IMG/VR virus record: IMGVR_UViG_3300021093_000045
Coordinates: 1-64,000 of that record
Strand: one strand, 5' to 3'
Length of the DNA: 64,000 nt
From: a virus
Within the stretch, counting starts at the first letter, position 1. Every line of letters begins with the position of its first letter. The position numbers and the translations under genes were made by a program. Shown piece after piece: positions 59,796 to 64,000 of the stretch. Under the pieces are notes generated by a model that was not told the origin of the DNA, ran no database searches, and saw nothing but the letters and a program-made list of their open reading frames with translations.

Positions 59796-61562
59796 ATGGA
59801 TGTAAAAAGTCTATTAACAAATAATATGAATCCACAAGCCAAATTGATGGCCGAAACCCGTGGATTACAAACTAAGTGGGAAAAGACAGGCCTTCTTGAA
59901 GGCGTAACTGGTGTTGAAAAGGCACACATGTCAATCCTATTAGAAAACCAAGCAAAGCAATTGCTAGATGAAGCTTCTACAACTGGTACATCAACCAGTT
60001 CAGAACAATGGGCTGGCGTTGCTCTACCATTAGTTCGCCGTGTATTCGCTGAAATTGCTGCTAAGGAATTCGTAAGCGTTCAACCAATGAATTTACCATC
60101 CGGTCTAGTATTTTACTTAGACTTTAAGTATGGTACTGGTAAGTTGGGTCAAACCCCAGGCACTAGCTTGTTCGGTGGTACCAATTCTGCTAAGTTCGGT
60201 TCAACCGATGCAGCAGTAAATGGTCTATACGGTCAAGGTCGTTTTGCTTACTCTGAACGTGTAGTAACGAGTTCAGCATTCACATCCGCAAACGCAACTG
60301 TAACTTCCGCAAGCTGGAAAGATCTACAATTTGATTCAGCATTTAGCTCCTCATTGTCAGGCACTAATGTTAAGGGTGTCTTCAAGATTGCTCTAGATAT
60401 TAACGACAATACTCAAGCCACAAACGGATCTTTAGCCGCTACTGGTTATGTATGGAATGCTGACTTGAACGCAGTACGTTCATTTGGTCTGCAAACTACG
60501 GGTAACGTAGGCCTAACTGTATTAAACACCTACGCCAACGTAGTAAATACAGGTACTATTGCTGCACCAAACTACGTAATTAACTTGTTCGTAAGTCAAT
60601 CAAGTACCGCTGCTACCCCAGCACAAACTCCAAAGTTGAACTACACAATTCAACCTACAGATAATCGCCGTGGTGACTTTGAAGCTGGTAAGACCGCAGG
60701 TGAAGGTTCTGGTAATGCTGCTGGTACCGCTACACAACCTATCGGTGACGATATCAGTATTCCTGAAGTAAACTTGGTACTAAACAGCGAACCAATAGTT
60801 GCTAAGACCCGTAAGTTGAAAGCAGTCTGGACTCCAGAATTGGCTCAAGACTTGAACGCATATCATTCCATCGATGCAGAAGCAGAACTTACTGCTCTAT
60901 TGAGTGAATATGTATCTATGGAAATCGACCTCGAAATCCTAGACATGTTGAACGAGTCCGTAACTGGTACTACTACCGAAGCTTGGTCAGCCCAAATTGG
61001 TACTGAGTTCACTAAGACTCTAAGCTTTGCAGGTGGTGGTACAACAGGTACTCCGGTTGCTAACTTCACCCGTGTAGTTAACAGCTCACCAAATCGTACT
61101 GCTTACGTTAAGAGCACTTGGTTCCAAACTCTTGGTAACAAGATCCAAAAGGTCTCAAACAAGATTCACCAATTGACTCTACGTGGTGGTGCAAACTTCC
61201 TAGTATGTTCACCAGACGTAGCAACTATCTTGGAATCAATCCCAGGTTATGTTGTTAACACAGATGGTGATCAAGCTAAGTTCGCAATGGGTGTAAGTCG
61301 TGTTGGTAGCTTCGCAAGTCGCTTCCAAGTTTACAAGAACCCATACATGACTGATAACGTAATCTTGGTTGGTTTCCGTGGAAGCAACTTCCTAGAAACC
61401 GGTGCAGTATATGCTCCATATATTCCACTAATCCAAACTCCATTGGTTTATGACCCAACTAACTTCACACCACGTAGAGGCGTAATGACCCGCTACGCTA
61501 AGAAGGTAGTGCGCCCCGAATTCTATGGAAAAGTTCTTATCAGTGATCTTGACACCGTATAA
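59796..61562 (+). CDS. major capsid protein (gp23-like)
   Basis: KW...GLLEG, LLENQ, LPLVRRVF, VSVQPMNLPSGLVFYL, RKLKA.WT.ELAQDL.AYH..DAE.EL, YAPYIPL, F.PR.GVMTRY. Confidence 0.97.
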   Translation: MDVKSLLTNNMNPQAKLMAETRGLQTKWEKTGLLEGVTGVEKAHMSILLENQAKQLLDEASTTGTSTSSEQWAGVALPLVRRVFAEIAAKEFVSVQPMNLPSGLVFYLDFKYGTGKLGQTPGTSLFGGTNSAKFGSTDAAVNGLYGQGRFAYSERVVTSSAFTSANATVTSASWKDLQFDSAFSSSLSGTNVKGVFKIALDINDNTQATNGSLAATGYVWNADLNAVRSFGLQTTGNVGLTVLNTYANVVNTGTIAAPNYVINLFVSQSSTAATPAQTPKLNYTIQPTDNRRGDFEAGKTAGEGSGNAAGTATQPIGDDISIPEVNLVLNSEPIVAKTRKLKAVWTPELAQDLNAYHSIDAEAELTALLSEYVSMEIDLEILDMLNESVTGTTTEAWSAQIGTEFTKTLSFAGGGTTGTPVANFTRVVNSSPNRTAYVKSTWFQTLGNKIQKVSNKIHQLTLRGGANFLVCSPDVATILESIPGYVVNTDGDQAKFAMGVSRVGSFASRFQVYKNPYMTDNVILVGFRGSNFLETGAVYAPYIPLIQTPLVYDPTNFTPRRGVMTRYAKKVVRPEFYGKVLISDLDTV

Positions 61563-61586
61563 TTCTTGGTTCAATTAAAATAACTC

Positions 61587-61614
61587 AAAACCCCAACGAA
61601 AGTTGGGGTTTTTT
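61587..61614 (+). terminator. intrinsic terminator after MCP
   Basis: aaaaccccaac-gaaa-gttggggtttt. Confidence 0.9.
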
Positions 61615-61630
61615 GTTGCACATAAATAAA

Positions 61631-61670
61631 ATATTTGACATTACCATAGAATTTGTATATACTTATATTA
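61631..61670 (+). promoter_or_regulatory. sigma70-type promoter overlapping a TACTTATA motif (repeat copy 1)
   Basis: TTGACA (61635), 17 bp, TATACT (61658). Confidence 0.75.
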
Positions 61671-61671
61671 T

Positions 61672-62409
61672 ATGAAAAGTGGTGTATACAAAATAACAAA
61701 TATTAAAAATGGTAAGTTTTACATTGGCTCTGCTAAAGATATTGACCGTCGTTGGTGGGAACACAAAAACGATTTAAAGCAAAATAAACATATCAATCCT
61801 AAGCTGCAACATGCGTGGGATTTTTATGGAGAGTCTGGTTTTGAATTTGTTATTTTGGAGAATGTGAATGAAAGTGAATTATTTAAACGAGAACAATTTT
61901 ATTTAGATATATTTAAACCTTATATGCGTGATATTGGTTATAATATCAGTCCAATAGCTAACGGTGGAGATAATTTTACATATAATCCTAATAAAGAAAA
62001 AATCTTAGAAAATATGACTGCTGCAAATAATGTGGGTCATATGCATGGTAAAAAACATAGTGATGAGGCTAAGGAGAGACAGCGAGAACGTGCTGTAGGA
62101 CGTTATACATTAGAGTGGTTTGTTGCTAAATATGGTACTGACGTTGGTACACTTAAATATAAGGAGAGAAATGAAAAGTTGGCTAATCGCAATATTAATT
62201 ACAGTTATGATAACGGCTTAAAAGGCAAAAAGCGTGGTGCTATGAGTGATGAAATGAAACGTAAGATTAGTGAACAAAAGAGAAACTTTGCGCTTAGAAA
62301 AAATGAATTTGTTGATGATTTGAAGAGTGGTAATTTTAGTAATAACGAATTGAGTGAAAAGTATGGTGTATCACTAACCACGATTAAATTACATAAAAGA
62401 AAATATTAA
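61672..62409 (+). CDS. free-standing GIY-YIG homing endonuclease (Seg-like)
   Basis: SGVYKITN...YIGSA..I.RRW.EH, REQFYLD, GYNI, NUMOD3-like GKKHSDEAK, C-terminal HTH. Confidence 0.93.
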   Translation: MKSGVYKITNIKNGKFYIGSAKDIDRRWWEHKNDLKQNKHINPKLQHAWDFYGESGFEFVILENVNESELFKREQFYLDIFKPYMRDIGYNISPIANGGDNFTYNPNKEKILENMTAANNVGHMHGKKHSDEAKERQRERAVGRYTLEWFVAKYGTDVGTLKYKERNEKLANRNINYSYDNGLKGKKRGAMSDEMKRKISEQKRNFALRKNEFVDDLKSGNFSNNELSEKYGVSLTTIKLHKRKY

Positions 62410-62436
62410 TTTTTTTTTGTTTTTTTTGTTTTTTAT

Positions 62437-62476
62437 ATATTTGACATTATCATAAAATTTATATATACTTATATTA
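62437..62476 (+). promoter_or_regulatory. sigma70-type promoter overlapping a TACTTATA motif (repeat copy 2)
   Basis: TTGACA (62441), 17 bp, TATACT (62464); 37/40 identical to 61631-61670. Confidence 0.75.
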
Positions 62477-62488
62477 GTTCTCCGTTTT

Positions 62489-63022
62489 ATGCTACAAAAT
62501 TTAATTAATGTTTCGCAACCCATACTGTTTCCAACTGAGGCTCATGCTATTGTAGAAATACCAAAAGATACAAATGCAAAATATGAATATGATGTTAAAT
62601 TAAACATGTTACGATTGGATAGATGTTTAATTAGTTCACTTCAATATCCAGCCAGTTATGGATTTTTACCCCAAACTTTATCCGAGGATGGAGATCCAAC
62701 CGATATTTTAATATATAACACCGTACCTCTTATACCTTTATCTCTTATAACGGTTAAGATTGTGGGTGGATTAGTAACATATGATTACGATAAGAAAGAC
62801 TATAAAATATTAGGAGTTCCAACATATAATCCAAATAATTACGAAGATATAGATGATCTAGATTCTATGTTTTTAACAGTGTGTGAAGACTTTTTTAGGT
62901 TGTATAAGAAGGTTAATAAAAAACCCAATCCTATTAAAGTAAAGGGATGGATTCATAATAAAGAGGCTCAAAAGTATGTAATTGGGTGTCATAACAATTT
63001 TAAAGTCAATTCTAATAAGTAA
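62489..63022 (+). CDS. ppa: inorganic pyrophosphatase (family I)
   Basis: VEIP....KYEYD, LDR, YP..YGFLPQTL.EDGDP.D, D.KI. Confidence 0.92.
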   Translation: MLQNLINVSQPILFPTEAHAIVEIPKDTNAKYEYDVKLNMLRLDRCLISSLQYPASYGFLPQTLSEDGDPTDILIYNTVPLIPLSLITVKIVGGLVTYDYDKKDYKILGVPTYNPNNYEDIDDLDSMFLTVCEDFFRLYKKVNKKPNPIKVKGWIHNKEAQKYVIGCHNNFKVNSNK

Positions 63023-63034
63023 TTTTAATTAAAC

Positions 63035-63065
63035 AAACCCCCTTCCGAAAGGTTGGGGGTTTTTT
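63035..63065. terminator. probable bidirectional terminator between convergent genes
   Basis: aaaccccc-ttccgaaaggtt-gggggttttttt. Confidence 0.7.
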
Positions 63066-63855
63066 ATTCAAAAAATTGATTGATATTTTCCACAAGGATT
63101 TCCGTTACTTCTTCTTTGAACGAAGTATTTTTTGGGTAAGGTAGAACTTTATGTTTTAGTGATTTAGCTAACTTTTTATTTTCTATCTTGTTGCCAATAA
63201 ACTTGATATAACGATGTTTACCGCTTTCACGTTTGCGCCAAAATGTTCTACCTATACGTTCTTTTAGTTTATCCACACTATGTGTTTTCCATCTAGCATA
63301 AACACTTCTACTATGTATCCACTCATAATTAGGAGGACCGTTTAAACTAACACTATAGTTAGGCATTAGTGCTATATCTACATAATTATCCCCTTGATAT
63401 AGGAATCCTGTTGCTTGATATATTGTACCTTTATGACCCACCTCGCTGTCAGCGTAACTTAATATACATTTTATGTGGGGATATTCGATGTTTAATAATC
63501 TAAAACTTTCAGCAATACAATAGCTTTCAATATTCTTGCCATAACCATCAGATATCCACAGTCTTGTAAGTTCTAGTACATTGTTGTTAGTAAGTAGTGG
63601 AGATATGCTTGTACTGGCATTTCTACCTACTGCATTTCCGTATATCAATACGCCAATTAATTTTTCGTTATAACCACCAAAGAATGTGCTTTCTATATAT
63701 TCTTTATGATAAACACCATAAGCTACAGTACATAAACTCCATTTATGAGTATAATGATTCTTTTCAATAAGTATTTTTGCAATATTTTTATTGATACTTT
63801 TGATGTTAATTAACGATGTATCACAATATTTTGACATAATAGTATCATGTATCAT
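63064..63855 (-). CDS. Mom-family DNA adenine modification protein (GNAT-like)
   Basis: NHY, ELTRLW, ESY.I, ILSYAD...GH.GTIYQATGF.Y.G, K.RY. Confidence 0.8.
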   Translation of the reverse strand: MIHDTIMSKYCDTSLINIKSINKNIAKILIEKNHYTHKWSLCTVAYGVYHKEYIESTFFGGYNEKLIGVLIYGNAVGRNASTSISPLLTNNNVLELTRLWISDGYGKNIESYCIAESFRLLNIEYPHIKCILSYADSEVGHKGTIYQATGFLYQGDNYVDIALMPNYSVSLNGPPNYEWIHSRSVYARWKTHSVDKLKERIGRTFWRKRESGKHRYIKFIGNKIENKKLAKSLKHKVLPYPKNTSFKEEVTEILVENINQFFE

Positions 63856-63903
63856 AGTGGTGAAATATACAAGTTTTTATAGTATGGATTGATATTTATA
63901 GAC

Positions 63904-64000
63904 ATGAGAAAACTATTTACACTATTTTTAACATCATTTTTATTGGTCAGCGGATGCAAATCTACGAATGTAGAAAAGGTCCAAAAGACCAAAGATGTTC
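63904..64000 (+). CDS. lipoprotein, 5' part (truncated by window edge)
   Basis: MRKLFTLFLTSFLLVSGC signal peptide with VSG-C lipobox; TATTTATA 3 nt upstream. Confidence 0.7.
   Translation, partial: MRKLFTLFLTSFLLVSGCKSTNVEKVQKTKDV

Noticed and set aside
61672-62409. Group I intron or intein associated with the GIY-YIG gene
   Set aside because: The MCP ends normally and is followed by a terminator, and the endonuclease is free-standing. No intein motifs were seen in the terminase, primase or Rad50.
1-64000. Stop-codon reassignment as in some large phages
   Set aside because: Hallmark genes are full length in the standard code; TAA, TGA and TAG all end genes, and no suppressor tRNA is visible in the window.
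1-64000. Specific host assignment
   Set aside because: TTGACA/TATACT promoters, a lipobox and a heptosyltransferase hint at a diderm host, but the sequence alone cannot fix the lineage.

Overview
AT-rich, gene-dense segment of a large T4-like (contractile-tailed) bacteriophage genome, read in the standard genetic code and almost entirely on the + strand. The order is: end of a tRNA array plus a phage tmRNA (1-943); small accessory genes, PhoH, two fibre-like proteins and Hsp20; a gp55-like late sigma factor; a baseplate module (spike, gp25, gp6, large wedge proteins); RuvC-like resolvase, primase and a fused Mre11-Rad50 (gp47-gp46); a glycan-modification cluster; tail sheath; terminase, portal, protease, scaffold and major capsid protein; GIY-YIG endonuclease, pyrophosphatase and a Mom-like gene. 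The most striking feature is a pair of putative virion protein-modification loci. (i) A baseplate-family gene appears split by a cassette that adds 68 Pro-Thr repeats and a Cys-rich tip, followed directly by a GT32 glycosyltransferase, a 2OG-Fe(II) oxygenase and a prolyl 4-hydroxylase, suggesting extensin-like hydroxyproline/threonine O-glycosylation. (ii) An FkbM methyltransferase, GT4, GT4 fused to an Aah/TibC-type protein O-heptosyltransferase, and a NodU-type carbamoyltransferase sit in front of the tail sheath, in a phage whose structural proteins are full of (S/T)-G-S motifs. Also seen: an unannotated structured RNA in the tRNA array, a TA[T/C/A]TTATA motif just upstream of late genes, putative capsid-targeting N-termini on enzymes, and a 40-bp promoter duplication flanking the homing endonuclease. 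All protein calls come from motif recognition by eye; no database searches were run.
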